Shown: positions 39,925 through 52,739 of the stretch, piece by piece
How the letters are laid out: every line of letters begins with the position of its first letter
Position numbering within the stretch: position 1 is the stretch's first letter
NCBI RefSeq assembly: GCF_006345805.1
Contig: NC_043000.1
Coordinates: 78,306,001 to 78,370,000, forward strand
From: Octopus sinensis
Taxonomy: Eukaryota
Direction: 5' to 3'
DNA: 64,000 nt
Made by a program: the position numbers and the translations under genes
Notes under the pieces: generated by a model
What the model saw: the letters and a program-made list of their open reading frames with translations, nothing else
The model's database searches: none
What the model was told of the DNA's origin: nothing

Positions 39925-42420
39925 CCCTTAGAAACGTCCAGTTGTCTTCTACCCCCTATGATGCTCTATCCCCTTCTACTTCGTCAAAGGTCGGGAGGGG
40001 ACTTTGCACCAGCCACAGATCTGGTCAGTGGCTGGTGCAAAGTCCCCTCCCGACCTAGAATAACGCGGTGGTGGAACAATATTGTAGACAGGGCTATTAG
40101 AGAAAAGAGACAGGCTTGGAAGGTCTGGAAAAATGGGGGTAGCAGACTGCCAAAAGAGAAGCTAGGAGACAGGTTTATTTAGCCAGAGGGGAAGCAGATA
40201 AGAAAAAATTTGCCAATGTTCTGCATCGTGAGGACCAAAGACTGGAGGTGTTTCGCGTTGCAAGACAGTGTGTGAGAGAGAATCGTGATGTGGTAGGAGA
40301 GAAGTGTGTTCGCATGGAAGATGGTTCACTTGCGCTAAATGAGGATGCAAAGAGAGAGGTTTGGAGATGCCACTATGAAAGGTTGCTGAATAAAGAAAAT
40401 GAATGGGATAAAGAGAGTCTGCCGAATGTTGACCCAACAGAGGGACCAGCTATCCGAGTTGATAGTTCCGTGGTAGCTAAGGCAATTAGAAGCATGAAGA
40501 CAGGGAAAGCCCCAGGCCCATCAGGAATTACTGCAGAGATGCTCAAAATGTCTGGTAGTGTCGGCTATAGTCTAGTCACCCGTATAGTTAATCAGGTAAT
40601 ACACAAAGGAGTCATACCCAATGACTGGTGTAGCAGCATAATAGTCAACTGCTACAAAGGTAAAGGTGACGCCCTAGATACAAATAACTACAGAGGTATC
40701 AAGCTGTTGGATCAGGTGATGAAGGTTACGGAGAGGGTCATAGCCCAACTAATTAGAGAGAGAGTTAGTTTAGATGAGATGCAGTTTGGGTTTGTGCTAG
40801 GGAAAAGTACTACTGATGCTATATTCCTGGTAAGGCAGCTGCAGGAGAAATACCTGGCTAAAGATAAGCCCCTGTACTTGGCTTTCGTTGACATGGAGAA
40901 AGCCTTCGACAGGGACCCCGATCCCTTATCTGGTGGTCAATGAGGAAACTAGGGATAGATGAATGGTTAGTGAGAGCTGTGCAAGCCATGTATAGGGACG
41001 CTGCTAGTAAGGTGAGGGTTGGCAACGAGTACAGTGAAGAATTCCGGGTAGAGGTAGGGGTCCACCAAGGCTCAGTCCTCAGCCCCCTCCTATTTATCAT
41101 AGTCCTCCAGGCAATAATGGAGGAATTCAAGACAGGATGCCCCTGGGAGCTCCTCTATGCTGATGACCTTGCTCTAATTGCTGAGTCGCTATCAGAACTG
41201 GAGGAGAAGTTTCAGGTGTGGAAACAAGGATTAGAATCGAAGGGCCTCAGAGTCAATCTAGCTAAAACCAAAGTCGTAATCAGTAGGAAGGTAGACAAAT
41301 CACAAACGCCTTCAGGTAGATGGCCCTGCTCGATCTGTAGAAAAGGTGTAGGTAGAAACTCTATAAGATGCACCAAGTGTAAGCTATGGACACATAAGAG
41401 GTGCAGCAATGTCAAAGGAAGGCTAACTAGGAAGATGGTTTTTGTATGTGGCAGATGCTCAGGAACAATAAACACTGAAAATGCTCTGAGACCAACTTCC
41501 GTCACTTTCCAGGGAGAAAAACTAGAAATAGTTGATAGTTTCCGTTACCTAGGTGACCAAGTCAGCAGCGGGGGCGGGTGTGCTGAAAGTGTAACTGCTA
41601 GAGTAAGAATAGCTTGGGCAAAGTTCAGAGAGCTCTTACCTCTGCTGGTGACAAAAGGCCTCTTGCACAGAGTGAAAGGCAGACTGTATGATGCGTGTGT
41701 ACGAACAGCCATGCTACATGGCAGTGAAACATGGGCCGTGACTGCTGAGGATACGCGTAAGCTCGCAAGAAATGAAGCCAGTATGCTCCGATGGATGTGT
41801 AATGTCAGTACTCATACTCGGCAGAGTGTAAGTACCTTGAGAGAAAAGCTGGACCTAAGAAGCGTCAGTTGTGGTGTGCAAGAGAGACGTTTGCACTGGT
41901 ATGGTCATGTGGCGAGAATGGATGAAGATAGTTGTGTGAAAAAGTGCCACACCCTAGCGGTTGAGGGAACCTGCGGAAGAGGCAGACCCAGGAAAACCTG
42001 GGACGAGGTGGTGAAGCACGACCTTCGAACTTTAGGTCTCACTGAGGAAATGACTAGAGACCAAGACCTCTGGAAGTGTGCTGTGCGCGAGAAGACCCGG
42101 CAGGACAAGTGAGTCCATAACCCGTGGCCTTCTACATGGGATGAAGCCAGCCTACGTATGCATACCTTCCCTTCTTGGGACACAAAACTCTACTTGTGAA
42201 GACCTGTTGAGGCAAGTGAGGATCAGAATCGAAATTGATCAATGGAAATTGCAGATGTGTTACCAGTGCCGGTGGCATGTAAGAGAACCTTCCGTTTCGC
42301 GACCGTTGCCAACGCCGCCCCGACTGGCCTCGTGCCGGTGGCACATAAAAAGCACCATCCGTTCGTGGCCGTTTGCCAGCTCTATCTGGCACCTGTGCGG
42401 GTAGCACATAAAAAGCACCC
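39921..42420 (+). mobile_element. Young RTE LINE (PHD family): one frameshift, rearranged 5' end, truncated 3'UTR
   Basis: ORFs 40248-40943 and 40940-42112 join across a frameshift after KAFDR. HQGSVLSP, LYADD, PHD, FRYLG. Confidence 0.96.
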
Positions 42421-43962
42421 AGTATTGCCAAGCTTCAGGAACTAATTGACTCAGCTGTGTTTATGATTTCACTAGATTAATTCTAATAATAAATATTTAA
42501 ATTAGTAGTATTTCTTAAACCGTTAGCTTCCCATTTCCACAGATTAACTGAAATTTAGCCCACATAGCAGCAACTGAGAGGGATATCGTAGAACAAAGAA
42601 ACTGAGGGTGATGCAGATAATTTGATATTATTTTTGAATTCTGCATGCAAAAACATGTAAGAAACAGGTATTCTTTTTCTTGGGACAAATTCTTTGTTGA
42701 CCAGTGTTATTCTTATTGTAGTTTACAAATCCAAGCATAAAAACGTTACTCAACATTGGAGTTTTGAAGACTGACGCCCCCTTTTCACACACACACACAC
42801 ACACACGTGCACTTATATATCAATGATGTACACAAACACATAACAGGTATACATAATACTGAAATATGCATAAAGTAAACAAATGCAGACAAATACATTT
42901 AATATAACAAATTAAAATAATAAAAGCATACAATCAATGAAGAGACAAAAGAAACAGTAAGATGATACATGTTGATTTTATTAGGTATTTCTGTTTATTT
43001 AGAAACCTACAATGAACAGATCATTTCACAGACGCTAAACTATAAATTTCACAGGGTACAACCTTAAAGTTGACACCACTCTGCTAAACGCAGAAAATTT
43101 CTGTCTCGCTATTGGCTAAAATAGTTTTTTTCTGACTTTTAAACCTCTGTAACTTTTTCCTCCAATTTTTTTCTCCACAACATCATACCTTCATAGCAAT
43201 AAGACTGGAAAACTACATTATTATAGCTGATTTTCAGATTTTTTACTTACTTTTAAAAATGCATATTTTGTAAATCAGTTTAACTAGATCCCATCTCACC
43301 TGAGGAAACACAGCTAGATCTCATAATGCAAGGAAACAGTTGCATAATCAAGTACCTGCACACCTGGAAAACTACGTTGCATCAAAACAATTGTAGTGGT
43401 TAAAAAGTAAATGTCCAACCGTTCTCCTGCTTATTGTTTCCAATATTTTTCAATTACCTATTCACATTCTCTTATTCCATTCTCTCTATTCACATATGCT
43501 TTTCTTTTCCAAACCAAACGTTTTATACACAATGGTTTTTTTTTTCCACTCTTTGACATACTTCTTTTGGCAGGGCCACAACAATTTCATTCGCTTATCT
43601 TTTTATTAATTCTTTGAACTTCTCAGCTTCTCCTTACTTATTTGCACCTCCTCTCTCGAATTACCAGCCACTATTGCAAAACTCTTTCCTTCCATCTCCT
43701 TGTTGATGCTATTAATGCATCTCAACAATTCCTCCTCAAAGGACTCTATGTTGGAATACGAATGCATAATAACACAATGCTCTCCCCATCAAACCAGGGG
43801 GGAAAAAGTAACAAATCTGCTGGAAGGCAGACAAAACAGAATGTTCACACAAAGACTTTTCAACAATATTTTCAACAATATATAACAATAACATCACCTT
43901 TCAACAATGACTTTCAAAAATAACACTAACCATTGGGGAAACCCTTTTATGATGTTAACAGT

Positions 43963-45470
43963 AGAGATTTATTCTTAATTACGCACAAGGAACTAATAGA
44001 AGAGGGACAATACAAGGACAGACAAACACATAAGTGGGGAAAAAAATAAAAACGACTGAAAGAGATAGTTATAAATAATGGAAAATGGAATGAAGACCAC
44101 TCGGCCCCACAATCCTAGCGACCTCATTTAACTCTTTTAACACAGTTTTTAAAACATTAATTCATTACAGTTAAACGTTCTCATGCTAAAGTTTAATCAA
44201 TTGTTGTATAAAATGTCATACAGTTTTTTACCTTTTTGGGGTGGGGATTGGGGAATTTCAGGTATCTGCGTGTCTGTAATTGTGTCTGTGTCAAGTGGAG
44301 TAGGTTGAGGGTTGGTGACTGCTGGGAGAGGGTGAGACATCATGGGGCAGGGTGGGAGTCGGGTGGGAGTAGGGTGGGGTTTCACATTTTCACCTTGAGT
44401 TCTTCATTCCTTCTTTTCCTTTTCTTGGCCACTGTATTCCATTCTTTTGCCTCTGCTTCTTGGGTCTCGTCCTCCTTATCCGACACCTCCTCACACACTA
44501 CCGCATCACATGAAGTTGCAAGAGGTGGAGGTGTGATTTCCTCTGTTGGTGCCTTTTACGCCAGGCAGAGGGCATTCTGTTCTTATGTGACCTTTTTGGC
44601 CACACTTAAAACATCGGGGCATTCTGCCCTCCACCACAACTCTTAGCTTCACCTTTTCTCCTACTGTGATAGTCTCCACCATTTTTTCCAAGTCCTCCGG
44701 AATGGCCTGGGTTATCATTTCCAGGCCCTGCCCTTGCCAATTCATTTGTGGAACACGTTTGGCTTGGAGGACCACAACTCTCTCTTCCAACACTAACAGG
44801 ATGGCAGCCACCAGCTAAGCAACATTCACCTCTGGAGCACACATTTCCAGGTAAATGGGCAGAAGGACCACCTCGTCTGCTTTGAGGGAAGTTACGGAAT
44901 GCTGCCTGGCCAAAGCCTCCCTCACAAACCGTACTTCCACCTTTGCATATTTCCTGCCTCTTTCAAAGTACGTTATTTCCTGTCATATTGGTTGTAATGC
45001 CTTCTCTACCTGAGCCCAAGTTGCAATTTCAGGCTGTACGCCCGGTAAATTATCACTCTCTCCTTGACTTGCTTTGTAGTCTCACTGGGAGGGGGCACCT
45101 TTACATCATTCCCCACCCTCTTCAACATTCCTTTGAATCTCTCCAATTCCTCTTTCTCAATGCATACATTTTCACTTTTACCTTCAGCTGCCTCTGCAAA
45201 ACTCTTCTTCCTTTCCTTTACATCATCAATTGTTTTTAATCTTTTCAGCAGCTCCTCCTCAGACAACATTAAGTCTGAGGAGCTAACATTCTCATATTTT
45301 TGCCTCCATTACCGTGCTTCCCCACTTCAAACAAGTGGAAAAAGCATCAAAAAATCACCATAGGCAAAAAACAAAGTGTCACTAGACACAAAACAGTTAA
45401 CAGTATTAACAATTTAACTCACAGTGAAAAAACCATCCATCACCAGAAAATTCCAAATTTAAGATGTTTA
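43963..45470 (-). mobile_element. ORF1-only L1/Tx1-related element (HAL1-like)
   Basis: Frameshifted ORF1-like sequence with a charged N-terminus and CFKCGQKGHIRTEC knuckle, stop near 44197, ~230-nt UTR, AATAAA. No ORF2. Confidence 0.7.
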
Positions 45471-45955
45471 CAGTAGAGATACAAAGTATGAAAATATATG
45501 CTTTTATATTGGTATGATAGTAATTGAGGTAGTAGCAAGAGGTATAAATAGTATTAATGTGTTAAGGTATTGCTTAGCTTTTCTATGCAAATATAATTAT
45601 TGTTAAATAGGTGACTTAGTGGTGAATGAATTTATGGATAGTGTCTAAATGTTAAGTAGTTATTCATTGGAAGATTGGAAGTTCAAATGTCATGGGTGTA
45701 CAACCGAAACATTTATTTAATGAGCAAGTAATATCTAATGAATATATAGTGTCTAATTTAAAAAATATTAATGGGGAACAATTATGATAATTATTTTTAT
45801 TAATTGAAAAATAGATGATTTATTACCTAAATGTAACCATATGATGTTAAGCTAACACTGCAAGATATTATTTTATTGATTTCTGACAAAATTTAAGTTT
45901 GATAAAAACAGTGTCGGCATGTAGATAATGCTTCAGATCAGCATATTTATTTCAG

Positions 45956-46089
45956 ATTGACACATTATATTATAAAATATATAGTGATTGTTTAACACAT
46001 AATCTACAGAGAGATGATTTATGGCTACATGGAGTGGCTGTATCCATAACAGAACAGGATAATTCAAAATTTATATTTCTTTGCTTAAG
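45956..46089 (+). CDS. Candidate exon of an unidentified plus-strand gene (IDTLYYKIYSDCLTHNLQRDDLWLHGVAVSITEQDNSKFIFLCL)
   Basis: TTTATTTCAG acceptor, 134 nt open in phase 0, AAG|GTTTGC donor, in unique sequence. No family recognised and no phase-2 downstream exon found. Confidence 0.3.
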
Positions 46090-46448
46090 GTTTGCATTTA
46101 GGGTTTGAGGCTTCTTTGTTCATTGTTCATCATGCTTCTAACTTGCAGTTGGGCAGATAGCGGCAAATTATGTATATAAACATGAAACTAGTCCTGTATT
46201 AACCATGTTAACCTTAAAATAGACTTAATCCATCTCGCCCACCTTACATCATGTTGTACCAAGGAGAATTGTTGATGTTTTATTTAAACATGGATCATTC
46301 ATCACACATGGAGATAAGTTTATTAACTGCTCATCTTCCTCTCTCTATGTATCTCTCTCTATATATATACATAATTTCCCTTTATCAGCCCAAGTGTGTT
46401 GAACTGTGAACGAAAAAGAATAATTTCTTCTTTCTCTTGAACTATTTT

Positions 46449-46454
<6 letters not shown>

Positions 46455-46482
<28 letters not shown>

Positions 46483-47770
46483 CAGATTACTTTATTACCC
46501 ACGCAGGGCCGAATACAGAGGGGACAATACAATGTAGAGCTTTTCTTTTTGGAAAAAAAATACGATGAAAAGGGACTGAAAGTGTTTGGTATGTATAAAC
46601 AGCAAAATAACAATGTTTTGTTTATAATAGAGTCCCCAAAAGAGGGAGTAAAAATGCAATACAGATTAGGTTTATCTGTGGAAAGAAAAGCCTACGAAAA
46701 AGACCTCAGGCAGGGAAATCTCTCTCGGATTTACAGGGTCATGCTCAAAGTGGTTTCATTCATTTAATACATACAGAAGGTAAGAGAGGGGGGATCCTTG
46801 ACAGACCGAACATGAGATGTTAAATGGTTTACTGAGCAGATGCCGCTGAATAAGGCAGCAATGCAACTGCAGAAGACAGGACTGAAACCAGCCACCCTAA
46901 AGACAACCTCCAAGTAATGATGGTCAACCCTATTGAAAGCTTTCAATTGATCCAAATTGATTAGCACCTCACCCATGCCAGGTTCCTTAACTACACTGTT
47001 TATGATGTAGCACATCAGACGGAGGTTGTCATGGATACTCCTGCCTGGAATAGTGCAAGTTTGTGCCTTGTCAACCAATTTCTCGATGACAAGTGCCAAC
47101 CTTTTGGCTAGCACCTTGGCCAAAATCTTCAAATCTGCATTGAGCAGAGTGATGGGCCTGAAATTATCTTTAACATCCCCCTTGTTTGGGTCTTTCTTTA
47201 GCAGTGTCACTGCTCCTCGGCTCATGAAACTGAGGATATTCCTGTTATGCTGCCAGTTGCAGTAGACTGTTGCCAAGACTTCTCCAAACAAGTTTGGCAT
47301 ATGACAATAAAGCTCATAGGGCAGACTATCCAAGCCTAGCGACTTATCTCTCGTGCAACCTACCATTATGCTCCATACATCCATGGCTGTGTTGGGTCTT
47401 TCACAGCACAACGCCTCTCTTGCCAAGAGACGTGGCAGGACATGCAGGTAGGCAATAAAGTCTACCCTGCGTTCTGACCCACCAGTCTTCCAGAACAGTA
47501 AGGCAAAGTACTGCTGAAAGGCCTCACACATCCTTTCGGGCTCGAGTAATTCACGCCCCTGTTCATCCATCAGAGACCGAATCGTGACTTTGTTGCCATG
47601 CTGCGCCTTTGCCACCCAGGTTTCTTGAGCGGCAGCAACTCCTTCGTTTCTCAGAGTATGCATCCTAGCTCTGACAACACAAACCCTCGTGTTTGGCATT
47701 GAAGTGTTGGTCGAGGGCCAACCTTGCTGCCAGCAAGTTGGATGTGATGCCAGTTTTAAGTGCCTCATCT
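46455..47770 (-). mobile_element. L1/Tx1 ORF2 fragment joined by deletion to its 3' tail; (TATC)n end
   Basis: NFRPITLLNADLKILAKVLAKRL, GRSIHDN and LDQLKAFNRVDH. Confidence 0.9.
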
Positions 47771-47862
47771 AATTTCTTAGGTTGTTAGGTAGGTAGGTAA
47801 GTAGGTAGCTAGATAGGTAGTCTTTTATGTATATATATATATATATGCACATATATATATAT

Positions 47863-47912
<50 letters not shown>

Positions 47913-47919
47913 GTTGTGT

Positions 47920-48536
47920 ACTCCTTATGCAGAATCTGACCACTTTCTGTGCCTACACCTTGGATCCATCATGGCATCTGGTGTGGCTTTTTAAACCAGA
48001 CAATGTTTGGAAAAGACACCCACATGGATTGCATATCCGATTTGGACCACCTAGAGCTGCAGTTAAGTTCTGATTTTTGTGAGTCTTAAAATGTCTTTTG
48101 AGGTCTCTGTTAGATTTGCAGACCTTATGGCATACATTACATTGAAAGGTGTGCACAGACATATAGGCAGAATAGTTGGTGGAGGTTCGTTTTGCATGGA
48201 TCGGCAAATGAGATTTGAGCCCAGCAAAAGAAAAGCATGGTCTATCACAAACTGTGCACACAAATAGGTCATTGTGATTCACCTTCTCGATCGTAACATC
48301 TTTAAATCTCTCTTGAGTCTTGCATGCGTTCTCCTGGCCACTTCAAATGCTTTTCACACCACTCCACACTTTTGTTTGCCACCCATCTTGATTTGAAGCA
48401 AGTGTTTCTATGTCCTCGGGATCCATTCCAAATAACTTATGGTAGTTCTTATGCTGTCCTTAAACCTCTTTTTAGATTTACACCGATAGCAATTCTTCTC
48501 TGCAAGCTCACCATAAAACAGCTGTTTGAATGTGTG

Positions 48537-48540
<4 letters not shown>
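47920..48540 (-). mobile_element. RTE 3' fragment ending in three C2H2 zinc fingers
   Basis: KQLFYGEL...KKRFKDS (RTE C-terminus) followed by three CxxC-x12-HxxxH fingers in ORF 47953-48282. Confidence 0.8.
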
Positions 48541-48580
<40 letters not shown>

Positions 48581-48788
48581 GGTATGTAGAAAAATACAAC
48601 ATGGACAAGAACGTATAACTCTTAGAAGACGACACAATAAACATGGACAGGACATTCGAACCCCTCAGTCTTCAGTCAAGAACCGGATCATCGTAGTAAT
48701 TTCGGCTGATTAATCTTGAGATTACTAGATCACGGCCAGATATATATGTACATATATATATACACATATACATTTATTTATAGATATA

Positions 48789-48867
<79 letters not shown>

Positions 48868-49115
48868 CACACGCATACACTCATAAATATGCATACATAT
48901 ATATACACTTATACATGTGTATACATATACATGCATGTGTGTGAGTGTGTTTAATATGAGTGCACACATGTTTTTTTCCACTTTTTAGATTGATGAAATC
49001 AGTAAAATATGTTATCCTTTATTTGGAAAAGGAAATAAGGGTTTGTATTAGAAAGGGCAAGCATAGAAAAATGGACTAAAATGAAAGAAAAAATGTAAGT
49101 ACATACATATATATA

Positions 49116-50606
49116 CATAGACATGCAAGAAGTAAATAGACACCTTCAATTTTCAAAATTTCTGGTCTAACCATCTTAACCCTTTCATTACCAACCCGGC
49201 CAAAACTGGCTCAGGCTCTGTAATACAAATGTCTTGTTTTCAAAAGTTCTGAATTAAAATCTTCTACCAAACCTTAATCACAATTTATGTTCCTAACACT
49301 ATCTTAAGGATAACTAAGTTATTTTACTAAATTCTTTGTTATATTTAAAATTAATTGAAAGAAACACAGAGCATCTCAACAGATGGTATCAAAAGGGTTA
49401 ATATGTTTTCAGTGGTGTAGAATTTACAATGTAATTATTCTTTTTCATTCCAGGTGTCATTATATTAAACATTTGCAAAGAGAAACCCATGCCACGCACA
49501 AAAAAATTCAGCAGAACTGTCAGATTTTCAAAGAGGTAGTATTGTTGGGGAATCTGAGGCTGGTCTTAGCCAATGAAAAATTGCCAAAAATCTTCAAAGT
49601 CCTCTTGCTACTATTAATAGAATTATAATGCAATTCAAAAGCCAAGGAAAAGAATCAACAGATTCTCATCCCGACCGGCCTGGGCCCTCAGAAAGGAAGC
49701 TTCGTTGTTTGAAGAGAATTGTGGAAAACAAATCCCGTTCGAAGGCTTCTGACATTGCAAAACAGCTAGAAGTTAGTCCAAAAACGTGTTACATACCTGC
49801 ATAAGTTTGGGTATTATGAACAAGCAGCTAGGAAAAAACCTCACCTTCAACCAATTAATATCATGAAAAGAAAGAAATGGGCTATGGAGATATCAGAAAA
49901 ATCCAGTTCCTTTTGGGATAGAATGATTTTCTCAGATGAATCCAGATTTGCATTATTTTCAGACATTGGACATGTTTGGGTCTGGAGGTTTCCCAGTAAA
50001 GAATTTGATTTGAAACAACACCAACCAACTGTGAAATATGGCAGTATCTTTGTTACGGTATGGGGAGCTGTCATCATCAATGGTCGTTCTGAGCTGATCG
50101 AATGTGTTGGAACCATAAACTCTGAAAAATACATAAAAATACTTAAGCAAGGACTACTTCCAATGTATTCACACGATAACATAACAAAAAATAAATTTTT
50201 ATTCATGGATGATGGGGCTCCATCAACAAAGAAATCAACAATGGTTGACTGAAAATGGGATCAAAAATCTTCCTTGGCCAAACCAATCTCCTGACATGAA
50301 CCCAATTGAAAATCTTTGGAGCATACTAGATAGAGTTATATGAAAACCTCGACAGAAACCTAAATCTAAAGATGAATTGTTTCAATTGTTGTGTGAAAAG
50401 TGGGCAGAAATTCCACAAGAGACAATCCCAAAGCTCGTCAGTTCAATGCCAAAAAGAGTTTCTGAATTAAAAACTGCAAAGGGAATGTCAGGTAAATACT
50501 AAAGTATGTAGTCCTACCTATCGATTACATTTCAGTTGTTCGCTTTGCGTATTAAATAAAAGATTTTGAAAATTAAAAGTGTCTATTTACATCTTACATG
50601 TCTGTG
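49116..50606 (+). mobile_element. Tc1 transposon, full length, decayed
   Basis: TIRs catagacatgcaagaagtaaatagacac; FSDESRF, VWG, DDGAP and [15 protein letters not shown]. Confidence 0.92.
49180..49397. mobile_element. piggyBac-like MITE nested in the Tc1
   Basis: TTAA|CCCTTT ... AAAGGG|TTAA. Confidence 0.8.
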
Positions 50607-51090
50607 TGTATATATATATATGTATATATACAAACAGCTAGGCACAATATATCATAAAGGAAAAATTTTATCGTCACTAATTGTGACCAAGGGTGCCAAA
50701 GCACCTATACTGCAAGAAAAAAGAGTTAAAAACTCTTAATACTATAAGAAGCTTACAATGCACTGACAGGGGAGATAACCACCCCATGAGCATCTCTAGG
50801 ATCACTAGACTAGACTAATTTTGCCTATCAGTCGTAGTTTGTCAGTAGTAACTACTCAAACACTCGATGGCTTGGCTAGATCTGGCAGTTAGTATATATA
50901 TTTTTTACCATAAAAATGTATGGCTGATTTAGTGAAATGCTAATAGGTATACTATAAATTAATATAATTAATACAATATATCATAAAGGAAATTTTTATT
51001 GTCAAAGCACGTATATTACAAAAAAAAAACTTAAAAACTCTCAATACTGTAAGAAGTATGCAATATATATACACTGACAGGGGAGATAAC

Positions 51091-52422
51091 CTTCCCCTCA
51101 CCCACCACCCCACCATCCTACCTCTCCAATGCACCATTCTCCAAGCCTTCCAGCGACACCAGTCCAACCCCTCCACTTTGCACATCTTCCATAACCGACC
51201 CTTCCTCTCCTTCAAACAAGCCCACAACCTATGAGACCTCTTCCCTAATCCAAACTCCCAGCCCAGCTCATTCCCTGCCACTATCCACACTGCCGCACTT
51301 GCCCTTACTTCTCCAACACCACCCTCCTCTCCGGCACTCATCATCGACCCTATTACATCACCAACTCCTTCACCTGCACTTCTAGCAATGTCATCTCTTG
51401 CATCTCCTGCTTTCTCTGCCCTTCTCTATACATCGGGAAAACAGGACACCACTTGGCTGACTGGTTCACAGAACACTGAGACATCCAACTCAGCAATGAC
51501 ACCCCAGTCTCACGCCATTTCTGCTCCTCCGGTCACTCTTTGCAACACCTGTCTTTGTTCGGATTGTCCTTGCACAGGGGCCATCTGGACTCCTGTCTTC
51601 GCTATGAACAAGGATTTATCTTCTTTCTTTCCTCCTTTGCGCAACATGGGCTCAACTCTCCTCTCGTCCTCTTGCCCTCCTCTAACCCTCCTCCCCTCTC
51701 CTCTCTTCCTCTCACACCTACTTCCTCCCACCTGCCTCTCCTCTCTTGCTCCGACACCTACTTCTTCTCTTCACTCCTACCCTCTTTCCCTCTTCTCTTC
51801 ACTCCTGCCCACCTTCTCCCTTCCCCCTCTCCCTTCATCGTCACACCTTCCTCATAACCTCACCCTTACACAATCCAACCCCACCTTCCCTATCCATCCC
51901 ATCCCACCCACCCATCCCTTATGCTCACTCCCACATACCCCACCTCTACACCCATCCTTGCTTTCCCCACTCTCGCTTCCCCAACATCCCAACACTACCA
52001 CACCACTACACACCACCATACCACATGACATCACACCACCACACACACTAGCACTGACCACTTCCCAGACCCAAACCTATACATGCACACATCAAGGTCA
52101 CCAGCCCTCTTTCATGCGCACATACATGCTCTCTTATACACACACACTCACACCTTCATTTTGGGATCACCACTATTTTATTATCTCCCCTTCTTCCTAG
52201 CTCTCCTGTGTGACCCCTCTGTTGGGCATTCGCTATAATAGATTGCTAGCCACTACACATTCTTTATTTTCTCTCCTTGTTTCTTTCTGTATTCCTTTCT
52301 GTGGAAGAGTGTAGGCTCAAAACGTTAAAGACTTTTTCACGTCCTGAGCATTAAACTAATACATCTGTTTGTTGTCTACACCACCTGTCTTCGTCTTTTG
52401 TTTTTTTGAGAATTCTCCCCCT
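51091..52422 (+). mobile_element. Penelope-like element 3' part (GIY-YIG endonuclease, pyrimidine-rich tract, terminal repeat)
   Basis: Frame absent from the ORF track reads FTCTSSNVISCISCFLCPSLYIGKTG...FTEH, PVSRHF, EQGFIF and GLN (51360-51660). Degenerate hammerhead-like motif near 52298-52330. Confidence 0.88.
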
Positions 52423-52436
52423 ACATGTATATATAT

Positions 52437-52550
52437 CATCATCATCATCATCATCATCGTTTAGCGTCCGTTTTCCATGCTAGCATGGGTTGGACGGTTC
52501 TACTGGGGTCTGTGAAGCCAGAAGGCTTCATCAGGCCTAGTCAAATCTGA
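52437..52550 (-). mobile_element. Very short RTE 3' end (~110 bp)
   Basis: (CAT)n-cgtttagcgtccgttttccatgctagcatggg, as at 1100. Confidence 0.85.
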
Positions 52551-52739
52551 GAAAATCCTGCATGAAGTTGAGAAAATCCTGCATGAAAATCGACAGATCA
52601 CTCTGGACGATCGCTGCATTTTGGTTCCTGAGGTTTCCCGAAGCACCATTCATAGGGTTTTGAGTGAAGTTGCAATATTGGAAGGAGTGCGCAAGACAGA
52701 ACCCACAAATGCTCACAGAAGACCATAAATGGCATAGGA

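Noticed and set aside
47953-48282. Host C2H2 zinc-finger gene
   Set aside because: It lacks TGEKP linkers and directly follows RTE ORF2 C-terminal sequence.
48580-48740. CTGAnGA...GAA hammerhead-like core on the minus strand (related copy at 31600-31720)
   Set aside because: Stems I and II cannot be closed and GAAA is missing. It is a dispersed repeat, but the ribozyme call is unsupported.
50647-51091. Diverged local duplication (~50647-50780 vs ~50975-51091); similar case at ~10422 vs ~11151
   Set aside because: Real but old and featureless; probably repeat fragments.
51388-52200. 270-aa P/S/L-rich ORF
   Set aside because: Off-frame read-through of the Penelope GIY-YIG region and a pyrimidine-rich tract.
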